In this document: positions 36,645 to 49,090 of the stretch, piece by piece | Numbering within the stretch: the stretch's first letter is position 1 | Layout of the letters: each line of letters opens with the position of its first letter | Assembly: GCF_963921235.1 (NCBI RefSeq) | Contig: NC_086109.1 | Location: forward strand, 33,916,001 to 33,980,000 | Source of the DNA: Mobula hypostoma | Taxonomy: Eukaryota | Direction: 5' to 3' | DNA length: 64,000 nt | The notes under the pieces: generated by a model | Told to the model about the DNA's origin: nothing | The model's input: only the letters and a program-made list of their open reading frames with translations | Database searches by the model: none | Translations under genes and position numbers: made by a program

Positions 36645-37858
36645 GTTCAAAGTTTAAAGTAATTTATTTTCAGATTTATATATTATAGTCACCGTATACT
36701 GCCCTGAGATACATTTTCTTGTGGGCATTCACAAAAAGGCACAATAGAATCAATGAAAAACTACACACAAAGATGGACAAACAGCCAAAGTGCAAAAGAC
36801 AACAAATTGTTAGAATATAAAAAGAAAAACTAAATAATAATAATGATAGATAAATAATTAATAAATAACATTGAGACCATGAGTTGTAGAGTCTTTGAAA
36901 GCAATACTTGAAAATAGGTTGTGAAAATTGTTCAGAGTTGAGGTGGGTGAAATTATCTACTCGGGTTCAGAAGCCTGATGGTTAAAAGGTAATATGTAAC
37001 TATTCCTGAACCTGGTGGTGTAGGACCTAAGACTCCTTTACCTTTTTCTTAATGGCAAATGCTAGAAGAGAGTATAGCTCGGATGGTAGGGGTCCTCGGT
37101 GACAGATGCTGCCTTCCTGCAATAGCACTCCTTGTAGATGTGCTTGATAGTGGGGAGGACTTTATCTCTAATGGACTGGGCTGTATCGACTACCTTTTGT
37201 AGGCTTTCTATAGAAATTCATCAAAGTTTTAGATGACATGCTGAATCTTCGCAAATTTCTAAGGAAGCAGAGGTGTTGCCGTACCTTCTTTGTAATGGCA
37301 TTTACGTGCTGGTCTCAGTTCAGATCCATTGAAATGATAATGCAGAGGAATTTAAAGTTACTGACCCTCTCTACCTCTGATCGCCTGATGAGAATTGGCT
37401 CATGAACCTCTAGTTTCCTCCTCCAGTAGTCAATAAACAGCTCTTTGGCTTGGCTGACATCGAGTGAGAGGGTGTTGTGGCACCACAGTCTGCCTCCTAT
37501 TATGCTGATTCATCACCACCTTTGACTTGGTCAATGACACTGGTACCATCAGCAAACTTAAATACAGTATTGGAGCCATACTTAGCTTTGACGTCACAAG
37601 TATAAAGGGAGTAGAGCAGGGTGCTAAGCACACAGCCTTGTGGTGCATCTGTACTGATGGAGATTGTTGAGGAATGTTATTGCCAATTCGAATACACTGG
37701 GGTCTGTAAGTGAGGAAATCGGGGATACTGTCGCTCAAGGAGGTATTGAGGCCAAGATCTTGGAGCATATTGATTAGCTTTGAGGGAATGATAGCATTGA
37801 ATGCAGAGCTATAATAAGGGGCATTCTGATGCATGCACCTTCACTGTCCAAGATGTTC
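36645..37858 (-). mobile_element. Rex1/Babar LINE, second decayed copy of the 33-35 kb family
   Basis: [27 protein letters not shown]...[15 protein letters not shown]; 3' UTR colinear with 33,390-34,140. Confidence 0.85.
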
Positions 37859-38130
37859 TGCTGTCACACAGCTCCAGTGATCTGGCTTTGATCCTGACCT
37901 CAGATGCTATCTATGTGAAATTTGCAAGTTTTCAATGTAATCTACTTTCTTCCCAAGTACACACATAAGTTAATTGACTACTTACCCTGCTGCAATGGTA
38001 TGTGGCTGGCTGGAGGATCAAGAGGAAGGTGGACAGAACAGGTTACAAGTGAGGGGAAATGAGACTGATAGGAATGCTCCAAGAACTATCATGGATTGAA
38101 TGGGCTGAGTGGCCTCCTGTGTTATGAGAT
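37858..38130 (+). mobile_element. Decayed V-SINE
   Basis: CTGCTGTCACACAGCTCCAGTGATCTGGCTTTGATCCTGACCTC...ATGTGAAATTTGCA; CR1-like tail TGGGCTGAGTGGCCTCCT. Confidence 0.6.
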
Positions 38131-38409
38131 AATCTGAGTAAGAATATTATTTCTTTATATTTCACTGCTGTTAAATTTCGTTTCAAGTAGGGACATCCGA
38201 GGTTGTGAAATACCTGACGTAAATGTAAACTAATTCATTCCTTTTTATTATAGCTCCAGTGAAGCACAGCTGGGCCATCGCATTCTGTAAAAGTGTCTGT
38301 GGTAGATATATCATAGCTAGAGGTGATAATTTCATATCCATCCACCTTTCTACACAGAAAACCTGCAGTGCAAGATCTTGAAATTTAACAAGCACAATGA
38401 TGAACGCAG

Positions 38410-40540
38410 AACAAAAACACAAGAAAATTTGCAGATGCTGGAAGTCCAAAGCAATACGCACAAGATGCCGGTGGAACTCAGAAGGTCAGGCGGCATCCAT
38501 GGAAAAGAGGAAACTGACAACGTGTTGGGCCAAGACCCTACTTCAGGACTGAGAGGGAAGGGGAGAGATGCCTGAATTAAAAAGGTGGGGGGGGGGATGA
38601 GGAGGAAGAGGCTGGCTGGAAGGTGATAAGTGAAGCCAGTGGGTGGGAAGTATCAAGGGTTGGAGAGGAAAGAATCTGGTAAGAGAAAAGAGTGGACAAT
38701 AGGAGAACACCTAGGAGGAAGTGATAGGCATGTAAGAAAAAATAAAAAGTCAGAGAGGGGAGTAGAGAAAGGAGGAGAGGGAGAAATTTGTTCACCAAAA
38801 GGAGAAATTGATATTTCTATCATCAGGTTGAAGGGTACCTGGACAGAATACAGGGTGTTGCTCCCCACCTTGAGGGTGGCTTCATCTTGGCAGAAGAGGA
38901 GGCCATGGATCAACACATTGGAATTAAAATATTTGGCCAGTGAGAGGCTCTGCTTGTGGCAGATGAAGTGGAGGTGCTCGATGAAGAGGTCCCCCAATTC
39001 ACAGTGGTCCCCCCGACGTAGAGGTGGCTGCATCGGGAGCACTGGACACAGTAGACAACCCCACCAATCCGCAGGTGAGGTGTTGCCTCACCTGGAAGGA
39101 CTGTTGGGGCCCTGAATTGAGACGAGGGAGGAAGTGTATGGGCAGGTGTAGCACTTAGGCCACTTGCAGGGATAAGGGCCTGAAGGGCGATTAGCAGGGA
39201 GGAACGAATGGACAAGGGAATCATGGAGAGAGTGATCCTTGTGGAAAGCAGTTGGAGGGGGATGGAGAGCTAAAGGTATGTGTGGTGGTAGGGTCCCAGT
39301 GGAGATGACGGAAGCTACAGAGGATAATGTGTTGGATGTGGGGTAGTAGGTAAGGACAAGAGGGACTCTATAACTATTACGACGGCGGGAAGATAGGGTG
39401 ACCGCAGATGTATAGGAAATGGAGGAGATGTGGGTGAGGGCAGCATCAATAGTGGAAGGAGGGATGCACTGGAATGGAAAGCCATGTCCATGTCCTGAGG
39501 ACAGTTGCAGTGGAGGTGAAGAACCTCAGAAAAGGGAATAGCATTTTTGCAGAAGACAGGGTGGGAAGAGGTACAGTTGAGATAACCGTGGGAATCAGTA
39601 GGTTTATAAAAGATGTCAATTGACATTTTGTCTCCAGAGATGGATCAAGATCAAGAAAGATCAAGAAAGGGGCAGGAGCTGTCAGAGATGGCCCAAGTGA
39701 ATTTAAGGGCAAGGTGGTGGTTGCAGGCAAAATTGATAAAATTGACAAGCTCAGCGTAAGTGCATGAAGTAGCATCAATGTAGAGGATGAAGTGTTGGGG
39801 AGTATAACTGGGGAAGGCTTTGAGTATGGACTGATTTACATAGCCGATGAAGAGGCGTGCATACTTTGGGGCCTTTGGAGTGCCCATGGCTACCCCCCAT
39901 GTTTTAAGAAAGTGGGAGTTCTGTCAGACGGAGGATTGGTGGGTTTTTCTGTCAAGAAAAAAGCAGAGGTCTTTGAGGCCTTCCTGATGAGGGATAAAAG
40001 TGTGTAGGGTCTGAACGTCAATGGTGAAGATGAGGTGGGCAGGGCCAGAAAGTTGAAAGTTATTGAGAAGATCGAGGGCATGAGAAGTGTCGCAAATGTA
40101 GGTGGGAAGGGGCTGATCCAAGGGGGATAGAATGGAATTGAAATATGAGGACATGAGTTCGGTAGGCAGGAGCAGGCAGAGACAATAGGTCAACCTGGAA
40201 AGTCTGGTTTGTGGATCTTGGATAGGAGGTAGAAGCAAGCAGTGTGGGTTGAGGGAACTATAAGTTTGGTGGCAGTGGCTGGGAGTTCTCCAGGGTGGAT
40301 GAGGTGAGTGATGGTGTCAGAGAGAGTTTTCTGAAGGTGTAGAGTGGGGTCCTCCTTGAGGAGTAGGTATGAGGAGGTGTCTGGGAGTTGTCGCCTGACT
40401 TCAGCAAGGTAGAGGTCAGTGCACTACACTACAACAGCACCCACTTGTCTGTAGATTTGATGGTAAGGTTGGGAAGGCAGTGCGTTTGGAAGGGATCATG
40501 TTGGAGGAGGAGACAGGAGTGTTGAAATCAAGATCACTGA
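38410..40540 (-). mobile_element. Penelope-like element (RT + GIY-YIG endonuclease), frameshifted, with 3' terminal repeat
   Basis: Minus-strand fragments LPTYICDTSHAL...FTIDVQTLHTFIPHQEGL, MGTPKAPKYARLFIGY...LYID, DIFYKPTDSHGYLNCTSSHP, GVVYCVQCSRCSHLYVGGT (GIY-YIG). Confidence 0.93.
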
Positions 40541-41277
40541 TATAAAGTGCAGAAGGTTAGGTATTGTCTTTCCCCAGAAAATAAGACCTTTCAAAATAGT
40601 TATAGTAATCTGGCACTTCTAAGGTATGAAACCTTTCCATTTCTGGCACCAATTATCAGTTTCAAGCAATATCAGGACAGGTGTAGTGCACTTAGATACT
40701 GAGTAAAACTCCTGTAATTTGGCCTAACAATGGTTCTATTTGTCATCTGATTGTCAAATTATGATGGCATTTTAGAATTCCTCACTGAGGCTAATCTGTA
40801 CCTTCTGGTTGAAGCGGCAGTTATCTACTGAGATATGATGTAGATAAGCTATCCTTTACAAAACACTGACAGAATTGCAGCTGATTCAAGGAATTATTTC
40901 TAGTAAAATCAATTTGTTATAAGAGCAATGGCACATAACTTGTTTCAATAATGGGTAGTCCATATAGTACAGAAACTACTCTAACTATACTGTGCATGTG
41001 CTCAGATACATCTACCTGTCATACAGTAACATACACCAAAAAAACCTTTATCCGGCTGTCACTGTAAATTACATTTAATTTAAAAATCACTACTTAGCAA
41101 TAAAGGTGTAGATTTGAAGCTGTTTGCATGTTTGACATTTGCAGTAAACCTGTGCATCTGATGAACTGATGACTTAAGCATTTTATATTTTGCTATGTCA
41201 GCCCTTTTGAAGAACTAACAAAAACAATGCAAATATAAGTGGCTTAGATGTGCATTGGGTAAGATAGCTGTCTGTTT

Positions 41278-41610
41278 TGGGTGGCGGGGTGGAGATACAT
41301 CTCTACTAAAGGAAGTGTGAGGTGCTCCTTCTCTTCGCTAGCCTGCTGGTTACCCTTGGGCAAGGTGTAGCACCTGCTTAGCCTCCCAGTCAGGGTCACC
41401 TGCAGTCATGGGAGCAAGTGGTCATTGAGCAGATGATGCATATCACAAGTCCTGATTATGCGACCACTGACTCCAGGCAGACAATCTCTAAAGGGTATTG
41501 ATAATGGCTGGGGTCACCATCTTGTAAGGACACTGCCCAGAAGAAGGCAATGGCAAGGAGGCCCATGATTGTTCATGTCATACGACACGGCACATAATCA
41601 TAATGATGAC
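41278..41610 (+). mobile_element. Non-autonomous SINE-like element with RTE-type 3' end
   Basis: 3' GAAGAAGGCAATGGCAA...CATGTCATACGACACGGCACATAATCATAATGATGAC resembles RTE/BovB-partner tails, judged from recall of the family rather than a search. Confidence 0.55.
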
Positions 41611-42004
41611 TTGTCTGGAGTGGAAAAGTAGTTCCTAGCATTTCAATATTTTCATTTAACTTCTTTATCACTTACTGTGTGGAAATTAATGCAGGCATTT
41701 TAGAGAAACATTGTACAGGCAAGAGTTAATTGGAATCTCATAGCAAAAGTGTAAAGCACATCTTCTGCTAATCTAGGTCTCTCCCATTAGCCCAAATCGG
41801 CTCACACAGCCGACCATCTCTACAGTCCCTGTTATAATCCTCCTCTAGCCTTGACACTGTGATCTTTCACATTATTCATGTCATTATTTAGTACATACAT
41901 AAGTTGATAATCAAAATAAGAAATTAACCAGCATTTTATTATTAAAAATACCTGGGAATGCAACACAAGTTGTTTTTTCCTTCTGCGTTGGAAATTTTTA
42001 AAGA

Positions 42005-42295
42005 AGATCTTAAGGTTAGGACCTACAGCTTCTATCCCATGGTTTCAAGACTATTGAATGGCTCCCTTGTATGATAGGATGGGCTCTTGAGCTTGCAATC
42101 TAATTCATCATGCCCTTGTACACTATTGTCTTCCTGCACGGCACTCTCTCTATAGCTGTTCTATTTTACTCTGCATTCTGTTATTGTTTTGCCATGACTA
42201 CCTCAATACACTGTGTAATGAATTGGCCTGTATTATAGCATGCAAAACAAGAATTTCACTGTACCTCAATGCATATGTCAATTATAAACCAATGC
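42005..42295 (+). mobile_element. Rex1-type LINE 3' end fragment
   Basis: CAGCTTCTATCCCATGGTTTCAAGACTATTGAATGG (SFYP..xRLLNG C-terminus) followed by 3' UTR. Confidence 0.65.
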
Positions 42296-42434
42296 TGAGG
42301 CCACACTTAGGTTGCAGGAACAAAACCCTACATTCTGCAAACACGAGGAAATCTGCAGATGCTAGAAATTCAAGCAACACACGCAAAATGCTGGTGGAAT
42401 GCAGCAGGCCAGGCAACACCTATAGGAAGAGGTA

Positions 42435-42472
42435 CAGTCGACGTTTCAGGCCGAGACCCTTCGTCAGGACTA
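42435..42472 (-). ncRNA. Minimal type I hammerhead ribozyme motif, core intact
   Basis: Minus strand UAGUC-CUGACGA-A-GGGU(CUCG)GCCU-GAAA-CG-UC-GACUG; palindromic ACGU stem III. Confidence 0.75.
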
Positions 42473-42490
42473 ACTGAAAGAAAAGATAGT

Positions 42491-42528
42491 TAGTTCTGAC
42501 GAAGGGTCTCGGCCCGAAATGTCGACTG
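42491..42528 (+). ncRNA. Minimal type I hammerhead ribozyme motif
   Basis: UAGUU-CUGACGA-A-GGGU(CUCG)GCCC-GAAA-UG-UC-GACUG; stem III palindrome changed ACGU>AUGU. Confidence 0.7.
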
Positions 42529-43384
42529 TACTTCTTCCTATAGATGCTGCCTGGCCTGCTGCGTTCCACCAGCATTTTGTCTGTGTTACCTTATATTCCA
42601 TCTGGGTAGCCTCCAACCTGATGGCATGAACACTGATTTCTCGAATTTCCAGCAATGCCCCCCTCCTTCACCTTTCCCCATCCCTTTTCCCTCTCTCACC
42701 TTATCTCCTTGCCCACTCATCACCTGCCTCTGGTGATCCTCTCCCCTCTTCTTTCTTTCATGGCCTTCTGTCCTCTTCTGTCAAACTGTATCTCTTTCAC
42801 CAATCAACCTCCCAGCTCTTTATTTCATTCCTCCCCCTTCAGGTTTCACCTATCCCCTTATGCTTCTCTCTCCCCTACCCCCCGCCCCACCCTTAAATCT
42901 ACTTGTCCAGTCCTGCCAATAGGTCTAGGCCCAAAACGTCAACTGTACTTTTTTTCCATAGATGCTGCAAGGCCTGCAGAGTTCCTCCAGCATTTTGTGT
43001 GTGCTGCTTCCATACATCCTTGTTTGATTCAGTTCAATAATCAGTATAAAAGCAGGAAATGCTGGAGATACTCATTAGGGCTAAGATACGCAGCTGAGTT
43101 GCAGAGAGCCACAGACTACCTTCAGCACTTTTTGTTTTTATGTCAGTATCTGATTTTTTATTAATGTTCCACTTCCAGGACTATTAAGTATACTTACAGT
43201 CAGGTGAGAGTGACATTAGGACTCCTCACCCATCGAACACTTGCCATGAAACTTTGTTATTTTCCATCCAAAATGGTCACTCAGTCAAAGAATTAATATA
43301 TTACATGTTAAAAACCATTTGCAGGAACAACCAAGCAAGTTAAAACAATGTTCTGAGTCTTAATGTCCATCACTAATAGCTCAA

Positions 43385-44915
43385 TGGAAACAAGAAGGCA
43401 TATAATGAGTGAGATATACCAGCTAGTTAAGAGATGTTGCAGCAATAACCTTACACTCAATGTCAGTAAGATCAAAGAGCTGATTCAGAAAGGGTAAAGG
43501 GTAAAATAAAATAAGGGTAAATTAATCATAGAAAGGTGAAAAATGGAGAGAGTGAACAATTTCAAGTTCCTGGGTGTCAATATCTCTAAGGATCTAACCT
43601 GGTCCCAATATATCGATGCAGCTATAAAGAAGGCAGGGGATTGGCTATATTCCATTAGGAGTTTGAGGAAATTTGTCACCTAAGACACTCAAAAAGTTCT
43701 ACAGATGTAGTGTGGAGAGCTTTCTGACTGCCTGCATGACCTCCTGGTATGGGGGTGGGGGTTGCTACTGCACTGGGTTGAAGGAAGCTACAGAAAACTG
43801 TAAGATGAGTCAGCTCTATCATGGGTCCTAGCCTCCACAGCCTACAAGACCTCTTCAAGGTGCAGTGCCTCAGAAAGGTGGCGTCCATTATTAAGGACCC
43901 CCATCATCCAGGACATGCCCTCTTCTCGTTGCTACCATCAGGAAGGAGGTACAGAAGCCTGAAGGCGCACAATTAGTGATTCAGGAACAGCCTCTTCCCC
44001 TCTGCCATCTAATTTCTAAATGGACATTGAAACCATGAACACTACCTCACTACTTTATTTATTTCTGCTTTTGCACTGCTTATTTTAATTTAACTATTTG
44101 ATATTCACAGCGGACCGCACGACTCCATTTACATCGGTGGTGCACAAGTGAAACAGGTCAAAAGCTTTAAGTTCCCTGGGTGAATATCACAAATGACCTG
44201 ACTTGGTCCAACCAAGCAGAGACTACCGCCAAGAAGGCCCACCAGTGCCTTTACTTCCTGAGAAAACTAAAGAAATTTGGCCTGTCCCCTAAAACCCTCA
44301 CTAATTTTTATAGATGCACCGTAGAAAGCAGTCTTCTAGGGTGCATCACAACCTGGTATGGAAGTTGTCCTGTCCAAGACTGAAAGAAGCTGCAGAAGAT
44401 CGTGAACACGGCCCAGCACATCACACAAACCAATCTTCCGTCCGTGGACTCACTTTACACCGCATGCTGTCAGAGCAGTGCTGCCAGGATAATCAAGGAC
44501 ACGACCCACCCAGCCAACACACATTTCGTCCCTCTTCCCTCTGGGAGAAGGCTCAGGAGCTTGAAGACTCATATGGCCAGATCTGGGAACAGTTTCTTTC
44601 TAACTGTGATAAGACTGCTGAATGGATCCTGACCCGGATCTGGGCCATACCCTCCAAATATACGGACCTGCCTCTCGGTTTTTTTACACTACCTTACTTT
44701 CCCTTTTCTATTTTCTATTTATGATTTATAATTTAAATTTTTAATATTTACTATCGATTTGTACTCCAGGGAGAGCAAAGCGCAGAATCAAATATCGCTG
44801 TGATGATCATACGTTCAAGTATCAATTGTTTGGTGACAATAAAGTATAAAGTATAAAAGTACATAACCAATTTCACAACATTGGCCGATGATATTAAACC
44901 TGATTCTGATTCTGA
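43385..44915 (+). mobile_element. Rex1/Babar LINE 3' part (older), hosting a nested Rex1
   Basis: NNLTLNVSKIKEL, FKFLGVNIS, LLPSGRRYRSL motifs; tail ATTAAACCTGATTCTGATTCTGA resumes after 44,860. Confidence 0.8.
44105..44860 (+). mobile_element. Younger Rex1/Babar LINE 3' fragment nested in the 3' UTR of the preceding copy
   Basis: NITNDLTWSNQ...KKAHQCLYFLRKLKKFGL...FYRCTVESSL.GCITTWYG; LPSGRRLRSL...IRLLN; tail AATAAAGTATAAAGTATAAAAGTA. Confidence 0.88.
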
Positions 44916-45717
44916 CTGAAATGTCTAATTTCTGAAGGGCAGAGCCATCAAAATGGTTTGGAGCAGAAAAGCAGAAGATATGGCAATAACCTCCTTATCC
45001 GATGTTGCAAATTCACCTGTCCTCAATAATATTGGCAGTGGAGATCCAAGTCTTTATTTGATGCTACTCACTCACTCCAAGATATATTGCAATCCGTCAT
45101 ACCAGACTAAAACTGTCTAGTTATTTTTGGGCAAGTCTATGTTTGTTCTGGTTTACACAACTGATTTCTTTACAAAGATGACATTGTCCATCCTACCAAC
45201 TGGGTCATTTCTAACCACACATAAATTATGCTCTCCTCATGTCATGTGGCTCTTCACCAGCCAATGACTAGTTCCTGTAACGTCTGACTACTTAGAGAAC
45301 ATTTGCATCACCAGCCATTGCTTATCGTCATCAGCTGAATGGAGACCAATACAGAGGTCTCAAAGCATTCATTTGTCAGATAACTGCCTTGAGTTCATGA
45401 AAAAAATTCAGCCTGTCATTGAAGTAGAGAGAGTAAATAATGCTTAGAGATTTCAAGGAATTCAGAGAAGTTGCTTCATTCCCACAGCCAAAATTACAGG
45501 GTGTAGCACTTACAATATTATATTATGTTTGCCAAAGCAAGATAAACAACATTCTTTATGCTGCTCGTTGTGCCAATCACATTCTTGCCTAATTTACTCA
45601 TGTTTTCCTGCATTATTTATTGGAATAGACATTCCAATTGAGGTGTAAATCAGAAGCCCTGAATCTATTGGTTAACATTTGTTTGTGTGGAAATTGGATG
45701 TAAATTCTTGGTCCTTA

Positions 45718-46268
45718 CACTTAGTGACCACTTCATTAGGTACACCTGTACAGCTGCTTGTTAATGCAAATATCTAATCAGCCAATCACGTGCAGCAACT
45801 CAATGCATAAAAGCATGCAGACATGGTCAAGTGGTTCAGTTGTTGTTCAGACCAACCATCAGAATAGGGGAAGAAATGTGATCTAAGTGACTTTGACGAT
45901 GGAATGATTGTTGGTGCCAGATGGGGTGGTTTGAATATCTCAAAAACTGCTGATCTCCTGGAATTTTCATGTACAACAGTCTCTATAGGGTTTACAGAGA
46001 ATGGTGCAAAAAACAAGAAAACTCCAGTGAATGGCAGTTCTGTGGGCGAAAATGCTTTGCTAATGAGAGAGGTCAGAGGAGAATGGCCCGATGGGTTCGA
46101 GCTGACAGGAAGGCAACAGTAATTCAAATAACCTTGCTTCGCAAGGGTGCTGTGCAGAACAACATCTCTGAATGGACAATATGTCAAACCCTTTGGAAGT
46201 GGATGGCTACAGCAGCAGAAGAACGCACCATGTCTCACTCCTGTATCTAATAAAGTGGCCGCTGAGCA
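45718..46268 (+). mobile_element. Non-autonomous Tc1/mariner derivative, second copy
   Basis: TIRs CACTTAGTGACCACTTCATTAGGTAC ... CTAATAAAGTGGCCGCTGAG; colinear with 26,997-27,566. Confidence 0.88.
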
Positions 46269-47881
46269 TCTTTGTCAGGCAGCAACTTCTAGCCCTTATG
46301 AATTGGTTAGAGTGCTTGTTTTCATCACATTAAATATTACTGCCCTTTAATCTCACTGCCAACAAAAATCAAGATTATTTTAAAGCAATCATAGCACCCA
46401 TTGCCATTTCTATACGTGTTAGGTTAACACTGGAATACTCCTGTTCAGAGAGAGTAAAATCTTCCCCTGAATTGACAATGGTCAAATATTTTCCTTTCCA
46501 TGCCCCACCATAGTTCTAAAGGAACACTAGGAGAGCTTCACAGCACACACTACTGTTTTATTCAACTGAAAATTAAATATTTGCATTCAGCATCAAATGT
46601 TGTAGTTAAAAAAGAAACTCCATTGCTTCTGAAACTGCATAGGTGGTTATTTAAACTTTAGGTTGATAAGGTCTTCAGTCTGTAAATGTATGATACTTAT
46701 GTTGAACGTAGGCTTTGAAATAAATCTTTGTGAGTTTATGGGACCTAAGTAAATAAACTCAAGCCAACAGGGAGATATGTTTAACAGTTTGGAGGCCAGT
46801 CCTGGAATAATAGACGTCAACACCACTAGGTCGCAGGTACCATTTTTTTTATGCTGAACTGACAAGGTCAAGGAACAGATTTAAAACGAAAAAGAGTGAT
46901 TACTTTCATTTAAATGGTGGGTGGAATTGCTGCACTGCTGAATATTAATTTTAATCAGCTTGATCAACTGCATGAAGTGGAAGTGAGGTGCTCCTCACTC
47001 TCACCCTGATACATGTGTTGTGGAACTCTGAATGCTACATGGCACAAAGTATCTTTCAAAACTTTTCTTTCCTCATATCCCCCATAAGGAAAACAAACCA
47101 CAGCCTAGTATCTGATCCCAGAGAAAGCATACATCCTTATTGTCTTCAATAATCTGTTTCATAGAAACACTTACGTAATCGAGGATGTGTATCAAATTCC
47201 TGGCAAGCTGCCAGTATTTGTGGAGTAATTACATAACAAATGGCCTTTCTGGGAACCTCTAAGGTAAGTCTTCATTTTGATTCAATGTTTTTTCGAACTT
47301 TTTTTTTCCATTCCTGTTCCTCATCTCTGTTTTCCCCAACTCTCTCTACTCTCCACATGGTGACCACCACCACCTCTCACCTGCTGTACTCTCCCAGCTT
47401 GGTTTTCTCAATGTGTGCCATCTTTTTAAAATTTTACATTTTAAATTATATTCATAGTAAGTGCATCAGACTTAATATTTGTCAATATGAATGTAGTTTT
47501 CAGCATTATAGATCATCATTCTAATCTGTTAGTCTGGAAATCTTTCTACAGCTACTGCACTAACACTGCCAAATTTACCTCACAGTTACTCTAGTTCAAA
47601 AGAATACTTAAGAAATCCTGAGTGAGATGGATAATCAGATGATTGAGGGCACATATGCCAAACCATTGCACATTCTGCTCATTTGGCAACACTAACTTGA
47701 TGCATAATGTCTTCACTTCCTGCTTTTATATCGATGGTTCCTTTATTTACGTTGGTTGACTTTAAGAATACGTTTTCATGCATGTATGATTTTATGGGAA
47801 AAGTGTTTCTCTAATCAAATTCATGCTTGAACTTATTAATTTTATCTTGTGTTGACAGTCCAAGTTGAAATATGAATCCGT

Positions 47882-48525
47882 AGCAAAAACCAAGTTGCTG
47901 AAGGAACTCAGCAGGTCAGGCAGCATCTGTACAGGAAAATGTACAGTTGATGTATCAGGATGGGACACTTCAGCTGGACTGAAACGTAGTGGGGGATAGC
48001 TGATATAAGGAGGTGAGGGGTGCAGATGGAAACAGAGCTGGTATATGATGAGTGGATCCAAAGGATTTGACACGATAGATGAATGAAGGCTGGAAATAGT
48101 AACAGAGCAGGGATTCCCAGTCTGGGGTCCATGGGCCTCACCCCCAGTTAAAGATAGGAATCCATGGCATAAAAAAGATTAGGAATCCCTGTAATAGAGG
48201 CTAGGGGTGGGGGGTGGATGACTGTCAAGTGAGAGCACAGAGAGATTCTGATGGAAAAAGAGAGTGGAGCATGGAAGCAAATAAGAGAGGTGGGAAGGGC
48301 ATTTGGAAACAGCCAGAGAGGGGCTCAGCAGGAGGAATATGTGGGCAATAATGAGATGGAGTAGGTGGGAGGAAGGGAAAGAAACTGGATAATGGGGGGG
48401 GGTGGGGTGCTAGGAGGGGGCAGGGTTTGAATTTGTAAGAGGAACTGGGTAGGCCAGAAGGAGAGAGAAAGGAATAGATGAGAAACAGGTTGCCTGAAAC
48501 AGGAGAATTCAACATTCATTCAGTC
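47882..48525 (-). mobile_element. Decayed Penelope-like 3' terminal fragment
   Basis: TGCTGAAGGAACTCAGCAGGTCAGGCAGCATCTGT terminus, purine-rich body, GGAGAATTCAACATTCAT (end of GIY-YIG coding region). Confidence 0.7.
48108..48191. mobile_element. 84-bp hAT-type MITE
   Basis: TIRs CAGGGATTCCCAGTCT / AGATTAGGAATCCCTG (14/16 match); 8-bp TSD TAACAGAG (48,100-48,107) / TAATAGAG (48,192-48,199). Confidence 0.85.
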
Positions 48526-48610
48526 GCTGTGTGATTCTGATAAATGGATGTAGGGCAAGGTTGTGTAATTGAACAGCCTGCATTTCATTAGAAATCTATC
48601 CCAAGGAGCC

Positions 48611-49090
48611 AGGTCAGGTCACTCGTCTGAGTGCTACTTGGTACCATGTAACCCCGCACTACCTGTCGCGGGGTCGGGTGGTCGGCGACTAAACCGGCTC
48701 CCCCACCAGGCTTACCTGGTGAGGAGGGTGGCTAGACACCCTGCAGGATGAAAAACAAGACCTGTCAAAGGGCAGATGAACCCTCTCGTAGGGTCGGCGG
48801 CCATCTAGCAAACACGTGCCGTAAAGCGCGGAAAGGGCATCCCTTGCATCGAAGCTTGGTCTGGCCATGCACTGCAACAGAACCTCCCCCAGCCGTCTTG
48901 GACCCCACCATGCCGCTGGATCCGGGAGGGGATGTCGAGAGGGTGGGTCTGGACCTGTGCAATCCTCTACTCACCTAAAATCCACTCATGCACATGCTGT
49001 TCCTTTCTGAGGAGTGGGGTATAAACCCCACTAACTGACTGAAATGAACCATCATCATCCTATGGGATGGATAGCCAGAGAGAGAGAGAG
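48611..49090 (+). mobile_element. 480-bp non-autonomous retroposon with (AG)n tail and exact 13-bp TSD
   Basis: ATCCCAAGGAGCC at 48,598-48,610 and 49,091-49,103; CpG-rich structured body; no coding similarity recognised. Confidence 0.85.

Larger units (their letters stand above)
42338..43010 (+). mobile_element. 5'-truncated Penelope-like element: inverted terminal copy, direct terminal copy, GIY-YIG C-terminus, pyrimidine-rich 3' region and terminal repeat
   Basis: LIFHLGSLQPDGMNTDFSNF at ~42,589-42,650; three copies of the terminal sequence, the first inverted. Confidence 0.88.

Noticed and set aside
38510..38552. Hammerhead at the end of the long Penelope copy (also ~42,907-42,950 and ~47,940-47,980)
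   Set aside because: Core nucleotides are mutated (for example CUGAAGUA, and AACA in place of GAAA); treated as dead remnants.
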